NCBI GenBank assembly: GCA_963739455.1
Contig: CAVUAK010000001.1
Span: 2,432,001 to 2,496,000 of the forward strand
Origin: an uncultured Gemmatimonadales bacterium
GTDB lineage: Bacteria; Gemmatimonadota; Gemmatimonadetes; Gemmatimonadales; GWC2-71-9
Direction of reading: 5' to 3'
DNA length: 64,000 nucleotides
Shown here: positions 41,947 to 51,251 of the stretch, one piece after another
How positions within the stretch are numbered: the first letter of the stretch is position 1
How the letters are laid out: every line of letters begins with the position of its first letter
Notes under the pieces: generated by a model
Databases searched by the model: none
Told to the model about the DNA's origin: nothing
What the model saw: the letters and a program-made list of their open reading frames with translations, nothing else
Program-made: the position numbers and the translations under genes

Positions 41947-43548
41947 GTGATCCGGTTGCTGTCACTGGTCAGGCGGTGCCGTCAGGTGGCGATTTCATTG
42001 CCCTTGTTGGTGCTGCTTGGATGCGGAGGAGGGAGCGAACCGATACAGGGTGGCGTGTTGCCAATACTGGACGCCATCAGTCCCGCCTCGGTCGACGCCG
42101 GTAGTCCGGCGTTCACGTTGGTTCTTACCGGACGCGCCTTCGCGACCGACGCAATAGTGCGCTGGGGTGGAGCTCCCCGAACCACCGTATATGTCAGCGC
42201 CACCGAGGTACGTGCCTCAATCGAGGCAAGCGACGTCGCTGCCATCGGCTCAGTGGACGTTGTCGTGGAGAATCCGGGCGACGGAGGCGGGACTTCGGCC
42301 GGCCGGCCCTTCGACATAGCTGTACCCTCCACGCACGGGGCGCCCGCCATCTCATCCATCGCCCCGGTGCAGGCACCGGTCGGCAGCCCTGGGCTGACGC
42401 TGACCCTGCATGGTACAGGGTTCGGTCCGTTCCCGTATGTGTCGTGGAATGGGTCTCCAAGACCAGCCACATTCGTGAGCTCGACGGTCATTACGATGGC
42501 CGTTACGGCTGAGGATCTCGCGGTCGCCGGCATTGTGACGGTAGCAGCCGAGTCGTCCCCACCGGGCGGTGGAGTGGGTAATATCCTGCTGTTCACGGTC
42601 CTGCCGGCGGGTGCGCTGACCGTGGCCACCCTCGATCTGCCAGCCTACGACTTGATGAATGACCCTGCGAGCGGAGTCCTCTACGCCGCCGTCGCGGGCA
42701 CTGGGGGGACCCGCGCCAACAGCCTCACGAAGATCAGCCCCCACACCGCGACAATTGGCACATCGGTGTTCGTGGGCAGCGAACCGAGGCGGATCTCGCG
42801 CTCCGACGACGGCCACTACTTCTATATCGCTCTCGGCGGCGCCGCGGCTGTGCGCCGGTATGACGTCCCGGCCGATGTCGCCGATCTCCAGTTCCCTCTC
42901 GGAACCGACGCGACCTTCGGTCCGATGTACGCCGAAGACATCGCAGTGTTGCCTGGTCAGCCGCATACGGTGGCGGTCTCCACCATGTATACCTCGATCT
43001 CGCCTCGACATGCCGGAGTGCGGATCTACGACGATGGGGTGGTGCGCCCGGCTGCGACCCCGTCCCACACGGGCAGCAACGAGATAGAGGCCGCTTCAGC
43101 TACGACGCTCTACGGTGCCGACAACGAGGGTTCGGGGGGTGGTTTCTACACGATGAGCATCACTGCCGCTGGCGTAGCAATTACCGATGTCATCGGCAGT
43201 TTCTCAGGCGGCCCGATGACACTTGCCGGGGGAAGGGTCTATACCACTGGGGGAAAGGTCATCGATCCGGAAGCGGGGCTGATTGTTGGCACCTTCGCGG
43301 GCGCCTACGGCGCAATGGCCGTCGACCTGCCCAACGACAGGATCTTCTACTTGTACAACGGCGACATTCTCGTGTATCAGATTTCGAACTTCGCATATGT
43401 CGGTGCCATTGCGCACGTGGCCGGATCCAACACAGGCCAGCTCGTGCGCTGGGGGACAAACGGATTGGCGTTCATCGAAGGCAGGCTTTTCAATAATCCT
43501 GGCAACACGGTGTACCTGGTGACCACGACCTTCCTGCCTTCGCCCTGA
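41947..43548 (+). CDS. Lipoprotein with two IPT/TIG-like domains and a beta-propeller
   Basis: GAGGAGG RBS and GTG; lipobox LLGC; two P.I..ISP....G...TL.L.G..F....W.G..R.T.FVS units; YncE-like blades (FVGSEP, LYGAD). Confidence 0.75.
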   Translation: MIRLLSLVRRCRQVAISLPLLVLLGCGGGSEPIQGGVLPILDAISPASVDAGSPAFTLVLTGRAFATDAIVRWGGAPRTTVYVSATEVRASIEASDVAAIGSVDVVVENPGDGGGTSAGRPFDIAVPSTHGAPAISSIAPVQAPVGSPGLTLTLHGTGFGPFPYVSWNGSPRPATFVSSTVITMAVTAEDLAVAGIVTVAAESSPPGGGVGNILLFTVLPAGALTVATLDLPAYDLMNDPASGVLYAAVAGTGGTRANSLTKISPHTATIGTSVFVGSEPRRISRSDDGHYFYIALGGAAAVRRYDVPADVADLQFPLGTDATFGPMYAEDIAVLPGQPHTVAVSTMYTSISPRHAGVRIYDDGVVRPAATPSHTGSNEIEAASATTLYGADNEGSGGGFYTMSITAAGVAITDVIGSFSGGPMTLAGGRVYTTGGKVIDPEAGLIVGTFAGAYGAMAVDLPNDRIFYLYNGDILVYQISNFAYVGAIAHVAGSNTGQLVRWGTNGLAFIEGRLFNNPGNTVYLVTTTFLPSP

Positions 43549-43549
43549 G

Positions 43550-44140
43550 ATGAGTCCGCGCCATGGCCGGCGTGTCCATGCGTTCTCCGCGGCCGTAGCC
43601 TCCCTCCTCGTGCTGGCCCCATCGGCGAGCGCCGCTCAGTCCTTCAACCTCGCCGCCGTCGTCGGCGCCATGCAGTACGATGCCGGCGGCGACGAGGCGT
43701 ACTTCACCCTCGGCATCCAGGCCCGCTACTTCGTAACCCCGGCATTTCGGATCGGAGTGATGGGAAGCACCTCGCACATCGGTGAGCTGCAACGGGACTG
43801 GATCGCCCCCGGCAGCGATGTGCGATTCTGGCGAATTGGAGTGATGGCGGAGTTCGCGGCCAAGCCCGGGAAGAAGGCCGCGGTCTCGGTGCGCGGCCTG
43901 CTGGGGGTCAATCATGTAAGCGGACTCACCTACCTGGGCCGGCCGCCGGAATTTCCCGAGGAATTCTGGGGAATCACAAACTCACCAACGGGCATCAGCT
44001 ACGGCGGCGGATTGGGACTGGAAGTCGGACCATTCTCGCAGGTCAGGTTCCTGCTGCAGGGCAATATTTGGATGGATAACGCGTACGGTGGGTCCGGCTT
44101 CGATCCTGAATTGCTCTTCGGCGTCGGCGTCGACCTGTAA
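43550..44140 (+). CDS. Small outer-membrane beta-barrel protein
   Basis: Signal peptide; amphipathic strands with YGGGLGLE; C-terminal LLFGVGVDL. Confidence 0.65.
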   Translation: MSPRHGRRVHAFSAAVASLLVLAPSASAAQSFNLAAVVGAMQYDAGGDEAYFTLGIQARYFVTPAFRIGVMGSTSHIGELQRDWIAPGSDVRFWRIGVMAEFAAKPGKKAAVSVRGLLGVNHVSGLTYLGRPPEFPEEFWGITNSPTGISYGGGLGLEVGPFSQVRFLLQGNIWMDNAYGGSGFDPELLFGVGVDL

Positions 44141-44190
44141 CCTAACGCCTAACGCCTAACGCCTAACGCCTAACGCCTCACCCCTCACGC
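44141..44190 (+). repeat. Heptamer microsatellite (CCTAACG)5 plus variants between convergent genes
   Basis: Read directly after the TAA stop at 44140. Confidence 0.9.
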
Positions 44191-45138
44191 CTCCGCCCTT
44201 CGCCTCTCCCTCGCCGGAGCCGGCGTCTTCCACGGCAACGGCCGAACCCGCTCCGGCCAGAACTTCAATTCCGTTCCCGGCAACCCGAAGTGCTCGTCCG
44301 CCGCTGACAACAGCCGCCCCGGACGCGTCCGGATCGGTCCCTGCAGCACCTGACGCCGCACCGTCTTCGCCACATGCAGCGGTTGCTCGCCTGACGGATC
44401 CAGCCGCCGGGGCACCGGCGTCTCGCTCGACAGCAAGTCGACCATGTAATCGTAGGAGAGTCCCAGGTGCCGCTCCACATCCACATCCGTCAGCGACCAC
44501 CGGCTCCGACCCACCGCCGCCTTGAGCCCGCTCTGGAAGCCGCGCGTCTCGGCGAGGTGCACCAGTCCCTTGAACAGTCTCCGGTTCGTGCCCACGCTGA
44601 ACAGCGTCGGTGAGATGATCCGCGCCAGGTGCCCATCCGCCGCACTCGTGTCCATCTGGATCAGGTCCTTCGCCGCCCGCGCATACGCCTGGCCCAGGTG
44701 CGTCTCCACCCGGCTCTCCCAGTACGCATGCCCCACCGACGCGGTGCTCGCTGTCAGCACCAGCTGTCTCGGCACGAAGTAATTGTGTGCGACGGTATCC
44801 GCCGCGAGATGACACAGGTATCCCAGCCCGAACGCGCGCAGCGAATCATTCCGCGCCTCGTCGTGGATCTCCTGGCCCACATGCCAGTAGTGACAATGCC
44901 GCCCCACCGGCGCGTACTTCTTCGCGATGGAGGAGTCAGCCGCAATGTTGCCGTAGAGAAAATCGAAGGGAAAGGCGCGGAGCAGCTCGGCCGTGGCCGC
45001 CGGAAGGAGATGCAGGTTCGCGAGCAGTGATTCGCCGAGATACACATGCGTGCCCGGCGTCCACGCATGCGCCGATTCGGGGAAGCAGACCGCGACGAGC
45101 GCTACGACACCCAGTGCAAGGAGGATCCGGAGCTTCAC
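44185..45138 (-). CDS. Zinc-dependent phospholipase C family protein
   Basis: Signal ending AHA then WTPGTH; YGNIAAD; GYLCHLAADTVAHNYFVP; HAYWE. Confidence 0.85.
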   Translation of the reverse strand: MKLRILLALGVVALVAVCFPESAHAWTPGTHVYLGESLLANLHLLPAATAELLRAFPFDFLYGNIAADSSIAKKYAPVGRHCHYWHVGQEIHDEARNDSLRAFGLGYLCHLAADTVAHNYFVPRQLVLTASTASVGHAYWESRVETHLGQAYARAAKDLIQMDTSAADGHLARIISPTLFSVGTNRRLFKGLVHLAETRGFQSGLKAAVGRSRWSLTDVDVERHLGLSYDYMVDLLSSETPVPRRLDPSGEQPLHVAKTVRRQVLQGPIRTRPGRLLSAADEHFGLPGTELKFWPERVRPLPWKTPAPARERRRAEA

Positions 45139-45597
45139 CTAGCGGCTCAGGAACCGGCGCACCGTGCGCAGGATCGGATTCTTCTTGAAGGTCCGCACCC
45201 CGGCCGCAACGTCGAGCGCCGTGTCGGCCACTTCCTCGTACACCACGTCGTACAGCGCCTCGATGTCCTGCAGCCGCTCCTGCACATGATCGGCGGCGTC
45301 GAGCACCTTCTCGCGCAGTTCCTCGCCCGTGCCGGCGAACGCCGCCACCTGCTCGTGCACCAGCGCCGTTACGCCGCGGATGTCCTTCGCACCCTTCCGC
45401 ACCGATTTCATCGTGCGCTGCAGGTCGTCCTGCACGCCCGCCATCTGCCCCCGCAGGTCTTTGAGCTGTTTGGAGACGGCCAGGCCGAGGACGGCAACCA
45501 CGAAGCCGATGATGGCGAAGGCGAAGGCAATGATGGCGAGCGAGATCGCCATGGTCGGCCCGACCCAGGCCGGCGTGTCCTGCACTTGAAGCAGCAT
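45139..45597 (-). CDS. Membrane-anchored coiled-coil protein (DUF948-like)
   Basis: Long N-terminal TM followed by a heptad-rich helix. Confidence 0.6.
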   Translation of the reverse strand: MLLQVQDTPAWVGPTMAISLAIIAFAFAIIGFVVAVLGLAVSKQLKDLRGQMAGVQDDLQRTMKSVRKGAKDIRGVTALVHEQVAAFAGTGEELREKVLDAADHVQERLQDIEALYDVVYEEVADTALDVAAGVRTFKKNPILRTVRRFLSR

Positions 45598-45643
45598 GAC
45601 TAAACATCGACACCGGGCGCTCAATCGCAAGTGCCGGCTGTGC

Positions 45644-45671
45644 TTGACGCCTTGGAACGCGCTTCTACTCT
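45644..45671 (+). promoter_or_regulatory. Sigma70-type promoter TTGACG-N16-TACTCT immediately before murA
   Basis: -10 box ends 6 nt before the ATG; no SD sequence. Confidence 0.55.
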
Positions 45672-45677
45672 TCCCCC

Positions 45678-46961
45678 ATGCCACTTCGATACAAGGTCCG
45701 CGGCGGCCGCGCCCTCAAGGGCACCATCCGTCCAGCAGGTAACAAGAACGCCGCCCTCCCCATCCTCGCCGCCACGTTGCTCGCCGACGGGCCCTGCGAA
45801 CTCGAGAACGTGCCCCGCATCAAGGATGTGGAGAGCATGCTCGAGCTCCTGGTGCACCTCGGCGCCATGGTCGAGTGGGTGGGACCCAACGCCGTGCGCA
45901 TCGACACCAAGGGCGTCCAGGCCAAGCCGCTCGATCCGAAGCTCTGCGCCCGGATCCGCGCCTCGATCCTCCTGGCCGGCCCCATGCTCGCGCGCTTCGG
46001 GCGCGTCACGCTGCCGCCACCCGGCGGTGACGTCATCGGGCGACGTCGCGTCGATACCCACTTCCTCGCCCTCGAGCACCTGGGCGCCGAGGTGCGCGTG
46101 GGAGACGACTACACCGTCGAGGCCAAGGCGCTCATCGGCACTGACATCTTCCTCGACGAGCCCAGTGTCACCGGCACCGAGAACGCCCTCATGGCCGCAG
46201 TGGCTGCCAAGGGCCGCACCGTCCTCCGCAATGCCGCGGCCGAGCCCCACGTGCAGGACCTCGCCCTCTTCCTCAACGCCCTGGGCGCCAGTATCGAGGG
46301 CATCGGCTCCAACGTCTACACCATCGAGGGTGGCCGCACCCTCACCGGCGCGCGCTACGCCATCGGTCCCGATCACATCGAGATCGGCAGCTTCATCGGC
46401 CTCGCCGCCGTCACCAACGGCGACATCACCATCGAGGGCGTCCGCGGCGACGATCTCCGCGCCACCCTCCTCGGCTTCGAGCGGCTCGGCATTCGCCCTC
46501 GCCTGGATGGTCACACGCTCTATGTGGACCCCAATCAGGAGCGGCGCGTCCGCCCCGATCTCGGCGGGCACGTCCCCAAGCTCGAGGATGGCCCCTGGCC
46601 GGCGTTCCCCGCCGACACCATGTCCACCACCATCGTTGCCGCGACGCAGTGCGAGGGCATGCTCCTCGTCTTCGAGAAGATGTTCGAGTCCCGGCTCTTC
46701 TTTGTCGACAAGCTCATCGGCATGGGCGCCCGTATCGTCCTCTGCGATCCCCACCGCGCCGTCATCTCCGGGCCCTCGCCCCTCAAGGGCGGTACCGTCG
46801 AGTCCCCCGACATCCGCGCCGGCATGGCCATGGTCCTCGCCGCCCTCGCCGCCGAGGGCACCAGCACCATCCACAACGTTGGCCAGATCGAGCGCGGCTA
46901 CGAGAAGATCGACGAGCGCCTCAGGGCCCTGGGCGCCGACATCGAACGCCTGGACGACTGA
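45678..46961 (+). CDS. murA: UDP-N-acetylglucosamine 1-carboxyvinyltransferase
   Basis: GNKNAALPILAA, RASILLAGP, PGGDVIGRRRVDTH, SVTGTEN, EPHVQDL, PDIRAG, IERGYE. Confidence 0.96.
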   Translation: MPLRYKVRGGRALKGTIRPAGNKNAALPILAATLLADGPCELENVPRIKDVESMLELLVHLGAMVEWVGPNAVRIDTKGVQAKPLDPKLCARIRASILLAGPMLARFGRVTLPPPGGDVIGRRRVDTHFLALEHLGAEVRVGDDYTVEAKALIGTDIFLDEPSVTGTENALMAAVAAKGRTVLRNAAAEPHVQDLALFLNALGASIEGIGSNVYTIEGGRTLTGARYAIGPDHIEIGSFIGLAAVTNGDITIEGVRGDDLRATLLGFERLGIRPRLDGHTLYVDPNQERRVRPDLGGHVPKLEDGPWPAFPADTMSTTIVAATQCEGMLLVFEKMFESRLFFVDKLIGMGARIVLCDPHRAVISGPSPLKGGTVESPDIRAGMAMVLAALAAEGTSTIHNVGQIERGYEKIDERLRALGADIERLDD

Positions 46962-46987
46962 ACCCCGAACCCTGAACCCTGAACCCA
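46959..46987 (+). repeat. Heptamer repeat (TGAACCC)n spacer between murA and pgeF
   Basis: TGAACCC CGAACCC TGAACCC TGAACCC, starting at the murA stop. Confidence 0.85.
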
Positions 46988-46994
46988 TAACTCC

Positions 46995-47750
46995 TTGACC
47001 ACCTCTATCCGGGAAACCCCCGTCCCCGGCGACGTCCCCCGCTTCGAAATCCCAACCTGGCGCCAGAAGTACGGCCTCGTCGCCGGCATAACCGGCCGGG
47101 GGACGGGTCCCGTGCCCTACGACCTCGGCCTCTGGTCCCAGCAGCCCGTCGGCGACGCCATGACCCGCTGGAAGGCCCTTCGCTCCGCGGAGGGCTGCCT
47201 CGGTGCCACTGCGCTAGGCCATCAGGTCCACGGTGACCGGGTCGTCTGGCACGACGTCGGCTTCGGCTGGACCATCCTCGACAACGTCGACGGCCACGCC
47301 ACCGACAAGTCCGGACTGATGCTCACTGTCACTGTCGCTGACTGCATACCTGTCTACCTCGCCGCGCCCCGCCACGGCGGCATCGCGCTCCTCCACGCTG
47401 GCTGGCGCGGCACCGCCGCCGGCATCCTCGAGCGCGGTGTGGAAATCTTGTCCAGTCGTGTGCGTTGTGAACCGTTCGACATGATAATGCATTGTGGCGT
47501 AGGCATTTCAGGCGACGAGTATGAAGTAGGTTCTGAGGTCATGGAAGGCCTCGGACTTCCCACAGAAGGGAGGGGCCCATGGCACGCTGACCTGAGGTCT
47601 GTTCTCGCCGAGCAGGGCCGCAAGTTCGGAATTACGGACATCACGGTTTCGGAATGGTGCAGCTCCCGCGATAACGACACCTTCTTCTCCCATCGCAAGT
47701 CCGGCGGCAAGGACGGGCGAATGGTGGCCTACTTGGGAGCCTTGCCCTGA
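46995..47750 (+). CDS. pgeF: YfiH/PgeF (polyphenol oxidase / purine nucleoside phosphorylase family)
   Basis: QVHG, DGHAT, TVADCIPVYL, HAGWRG, YEVG, FFSHR...GRM. Confidence 0.88.
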   Translation: MTTSIRETPVPGDVPRFEIPTWRQKYGLVAGITGRGTGPVPYDLGLWSQQPVGDAMTRWKALRSAEGCLGATALGHQVHGDRVVWHDVGFGWTILDNVDGHATDKSGLMLTVTVADCIPVYLAAPRHGGIALLHAGWRGTAAGILERGVEILSSRVRCEPFDMIMHCGVGISGDEYEVGSEVMEGLGLPTEGRGPWHADLRSVLAEQGRKFGITDITVSEWCSSRDNDTFFSHRKSGGKDGRMVAYLGALP

Positions 47751-48709
47751 GGGACCGGGAGCGGCAACAATGGCGTCATGGACTCGTGGTGGCCATGCTC
47801 GCCTTCAGCGGCTGCACGTCGTCGACGGAATCCGTGGATCCGCGTGAGGCGCTCCTCGCCGCAGTGACGCCCGAGCTGGCTGCCGAGATCGACGTCGATG
47901 GGCGCTTCGTCCTGCCGGAGATCGTCGACACCAATCCGCACGTGAGCCGGGACGACGCCCGCGCTCTGGCTGTCTGGGCGAGTGCCACTCTCGCACCCCA
48001 GCTGCAGGCGTACCTGAACCAGACTGCGCACCGGACCGTGAGTCTCTCCAACCTCACCGTGTGTGGCCAGGTGTGGGCCGAACAGCCCAATGCGGTCATC
48101 CCGGTCACCGTGTTGCCGATCGCCCACTGGGTATGGGGGCCGCAGTGGATCGTCACGTTCTGCCGCGGTCGCACCCCCACGATCGCCATCTCGGTGGCGG
48201 CCTACGCCACCAATCTCTCCCTCGAGAATGCCCCGCTCGTCCTGGGAGCCCCACCGTTCGGCCCCCGCGGCGACGAGTTCCTCTTCCGGGGCCTTCCGCT
48301 CGATTGGCAGAGCGGGGTGTCGGTGACGCCGGAGACGGCGGCGATGCTCATCGCGAAGCAGACCGGCCGCCTGGTGGATCGGGTGCCGCGCTTGGTGGGG
48401 CCGCGCGCGCCACACGGCCTGCCATTTAGCGCCAAGTGGGCCGTGCATCTCGACCGGCCCGTCACCGTGCAGGGCACGGACACCGCGGCCACATGGGCCA
48501 CGGATGAGCTCTATATCGGGAACGAGTCCGTCATCTACGACACCGGCATCACGCGTGCTCTGATGGCGGCCGCTCCGGTGCAGTCCGCCACCGTGCCCAT
48601 TCAAATTCCCACGGCACCCTTCGACAGCATCCCCATCCCCACCACGGAGTACCTGCTGACGGCCCGGCCCGGCATGGCGCTTGAGATTGTTCCGGTCGTC
48701 GTGCCTTAA
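47747..48709 (+). CDS. Hypothetical lipoprotein (start CTG 47747 or GTG 47786)
   Basis: Lipobox FSGC; long open frame; no recognised domain. Confidence 0.6.
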   Translation: MRDRERQQWRHGLVVAMLAFSGCTSSTESVDPREALLAAVTPELAAEIDVDGRFVLPEIVDTNPHVSRDDARALAVWASATLAPQLQAYLNQTAHRTVSLSNLTVCGQVWAEQPNAVIPVTVLPIAHWVWGPQWIVTFCRGRTPTIAISVAAYATNLSLENAPLVLGAPPFGPRGDEFLFRGLPLDWQSGVSVTPETAAMLIAKQTGRLVDRVPRLVGPRAPHGLPFSAKWAVHLDRPVTVQGTDTAATWATDELYIGNESVIYDTGITRALMAAAPVQSATVPIQIPTAPFDSIPIPTTEYLLTARPGMALEIVPVVVP

Positions 48710-48780
48710 CCAGGCAGAGCGCCCCTGCTTCTCCGCCCTTGGCTTCACCGCCGTGGTTCCTCCGCTCCTGGCCGCCATCC

Positions 48781-48972
48781 TTGCTCGCCCCGGTGTCGGG
48801 CTATGTTCAAATCTTGTTTTGGGAAGGGTTGTGTTGCCGGGAGTCGATATTGTTCGCCGACCGACGACGTGGGGGAGGTTCCCCCCCCCCCCCATTTTTT
48901 TTCTACTGCCCGAGGTGCATGGCCCCCGACTCCCTCCTCGATCTCGTGCGCGATCTCGTCGAGGGCGCCGGT
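48781..48972 (+). repeat. Second copy of the rimP promoter, 5' leader and first 18 codons
   Basis: 61-bp exact match 48825-48885 = 51163-51223; MAPDSLLDLVRDLVEGAG versus RimP MTPDQLLALVQPLVEGAG. Confidence 0.88.
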
Positions 48973-49437
48973 CGCCTACCTCGGCGCACTCCCATAGCCA
49001 CTGTGCGCGCTCGGGTCCTGCGCTCCGCTGCCCTGATTGCGCTGATGGGGCTCGGTGTCGGTTGCGGGAATGCTCAGAAGCCCCCTCGCAGTCCGGAGGC
49101 GCCAGCAGACACCATGGGGAATGTCTTGTTTGGGCTCGCCATGGAGCAGCTGACTTCGCCCCGCCCAGCCGCGGTCGAACAGGTCATCAATTGTGAGGTC
49201 ACCCGTCTGCGCCGGGTGCTGGGTCGGGATAGCTCACTGGGGGTAATCCACGGGGTGGACAGGCGTGTGAAGTCTCGGTCCACCAGTGCCCAGAGGGAGC
49301 GCGTCCTCGACTCACTCGCCCTGAAGCAGTTTGTTCGAGGACAGGGCTGCGATACCCTGGCGGTGCAGGGCCGCCTGGGTGGTCCGTTCCCCGCCGACCT
49401 CATTCCCCAGCGTCTCCCCGGCGACACGCTCTGGTAG
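48919..49437 (+). CDS. Chimeric hypothetical ORF: RimP-like N-terminal 18 aa joined to a lipoprotein-like sequence
   Basis: GAGG RBS and ATG 48919; internal hydrophobic stretch ending GVGC. The true start may be internal. Confidence 0.45.
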   Translation: MAPDSLLDLVRDLVEGAGRLPRRTPIATVRARVLRSAALIALMGLGVGCGNAQKPPRSPEAPADTMGNVLFGLAMEQLTSPRPAAVEQVINCEVTRLRRVLGRDSSLGVIHGVDRRVKSRSTSAQRERVLDSLALKQFVRGQGCDTLAVQGRLGGPFPADLIPQRLPGDTLW

Positions 49438-49497
49438 GGAAGTGAGACCTGCGAGGCCGCCTGGTGGGGATGGCGTCGATGGGACCCCCTCCGGTTC

Positions 49498-50928
49498 CTA
49501 GACCTCTTCCGTAACGATCTCCAGTTTTCCCGCCCTCGCCGCCTTCATCAGCGTCGCGTGGTCCGCTTCCGTCTGGTCCGCGTAGAGGAAGGAGAAATCG
49601 GCGACCGCCTCATCGAAGACGTCGCTCTTGCCCAGGTAGCCCGAGATGACCGCGGGCTCGCCCGACCTGGCGTGGGCTCGGGCCAGGCTCCAGGCGCAGA
49701 CCTCGGCGTACTGCGCCATGACCCCTGGCGTGAACAGCTCGACTTGCGCGCTCATTTTCAGGTCCCGGAGCTGGCGCACATAGAAGTGCCGCCCGGCCCT
49801 CCCCGTCGTCCACCCCAGAAAAATGTCGCTGGCCGACTGCATGAGCCGGATCCCGTTCACCACGCGCTGGCCCCGGTTGCCGAAGGTGCTGGCGCCCGCA
49901 TACGGCTCCAGCACCGAGGTGCGCGCCTCCTTCACCTGGAGGAACAGCGGATCCGCCTCGCTGGCCATCAACAGGATGACGGCGCACGTCGTCCCCACGC
50001 TTCCGACGCCGACCACCTTGATCGCGACGTCCTTGAGGTCGAAGCGGTCCAGCAGCACCCGGCGATCCTCCTGCATCGACTCGCGATACTCGGCGTAGGC
50101 GTTCCTGGCGCGTGCCAGCATGTCGTCGCGGGCTTCGTCCCCGGGATGGTAGATCAGTGGTGGATTGTCCCTGATCCGGGGCTCTCCTCCCGACAGCGCC
50201 GCCAGCTTGGGGAAGTTATGCTCCAGCGTACTCCGCTCTCGCGCCCTGGCCAGCGCCTTCTTGGAGCGCTGGCGCGCTTCCCTGTCCTGGATCTTCTCCT
50301 GGAGTAGCTCGAGATCGACACTCGCGTACCACACGTCGAGGGTCTGCATCTCGCTGAATTCCGCGATGCGCTCGCGATACGACCGGACACAGGCCAGGGC
50401 AGCGTCGCGTGCATCGTCCTCGCTGAATCCGTTGCTGCGGCTCGCAACGACGATACTCGCGGCCAGTCGCTTCACGTCCCATTCCCAGGGGGCTGGGAGT
50501 GTCTCGTCCAGGTCGTTGATGTCGAAGACGGCACGTCGCTCCGGGGTGGCAAAAGCGCCGAAATTGCACAGGTGAGCGTCGCCGCACGCCTGAACCCGGA
50601 TGCCGGTGAACGGAGTTTCGGCGAGGTCGGCCGCCATGTTGAGCGCGGCGCCACGATAGAAGGTGAACGGAGAACGGAGCATCCGTCCGTGCCGGATGGG
50701 GACCAGTTCGGGGATGCGTCCTTCGTCGGATGTCTCCATCAGCTCTACGGCATCCCGGCGGTGCGCCGGGGGCGTCCAGTCCGCATGCGAGCGGCGCGGG
50801 CACTTGTCCCTCAGGGCCTTGCCCGCCTCGAGGTGCTCCGCCCGGGTGGGCCCCGGCCCGTATCGCACCGGCGCTGCGGCGCCTGGGCCGTTCGCCCCGT
50901 CCCGCCCTGACTTACCGTTCTTAGCCAC
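49498..50928 (-). CDS. DUF2252 family protein
   Basis: LVPIRHGRML.SPFTFYRGAA, CGDAHLCNFG, FDINDLDE, WEWDVKRL, KVVGVGSVGT, LQVKEA, FYVRQLRD, LARAHARSG. Confidence 0.9.
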   Translation of the reverse strand: MAKNGKSGRDGANGPGAAAPVRYGPGPTRAEHLEAGKALRDKCPRRSHADWTPPAHRRDAVELMETSDEGRIPELVPIRHGRMLRSPFTFYRGAALNMAADLAETPFTGIRVQACGDAHLCNFGAFATPERRAVFDINDLDETLPAPWEWDVKRLAASIVVASRSNGFSEDDARDAALACVRSYRERIAEFSEMQTLDVWYASVDLELLQEKIQDREARQRSKKALARARERSTLEHNFPKLAALSGGEPRIRDNPPLIYHPGDEARDDMLARARNAYAEYRESMQEDRRVLLDRFDLKDVAIKVVGVGSVGTTCAVILLMASEADPLFLQVKEARTSVLEPYAGASTFGNRGQRVVNGIRLMQSASDIFLGWTTGRAGRHFYVRQLRDLKMSAQVELFTPGVMAQYAEVCAWSLARAHARSGEPAVISGYLGKSDVFDEAVADFSFLYADQTEADHATLMKAARAGKLEIVTEEV

Positions 50929-51057
50929 AGGACTTTCCTCCGTGGAGACGGCGGCTACAGTAACCCCCGCAACACAGGCGGGTAAGAATGGCGCCAATGC
51001 CACGGTCCGGGCTTCGGAGGAGCCGCCCCACTGGTCGCGCCCGCGGACGGAGCCGCC

Positions 51058-51103
51058 CGCTGTCGCAGTTCCTCCTTACGCTGTCGCAGTTCCTCCTCAC
51101 GCT
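51058..51103 (+). repeat. 21-bp direct tandem repeat (CGCTGTCGCAGTTCCTCCTYA) x2 just upstream of the rimP -35 box
   Basis: Read directly. Confidence 0.85.
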
Positions 51104-51116
51104 CTACCGCCCCGCC

Positions 51117-51234
51117 TTGCTCCCCCCCGTCTCACGGGCTATCTTCAAGTCCTGTTGTGGGTAGGGTTGTGTTGCCGGGAGTCGATATTGTTCGCCGACC
51201 GACGACGTGGGGGAGGTTCCCCCACGTTTTTTTT
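51117..51234 (+). promoter_or_regulatory. rimP-nusA-infB operon promoter (TTGCTC-N17-TATCTT) and leader with attenuator hairpin ACGTGGGGGA-GGT-TCCCCCACGT plus U-tract
   Basis: Perfect 10-bp stem with T-run just upstream of the rimP RBS; terminator-like leaders ahead of rimP-nusA are a known feature. Confidence 0.75.
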
Positions 51235-51251
51235 CGACTCGCCGGAGACGC

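Noticed and set aside
48881..48902. C13 plus T-run as a phase-variable tract
   Set aside because: It corresponds to the CCCCC arm of the leader hairpin, and homopolymer length is unreliable in this assembly.
51058..51103. 21-bp tandem duplication as an att site or mini-CRISPR
   Set aside because: Only two adjacent units, no spacer, and no matching copy found at the other end of the insert.
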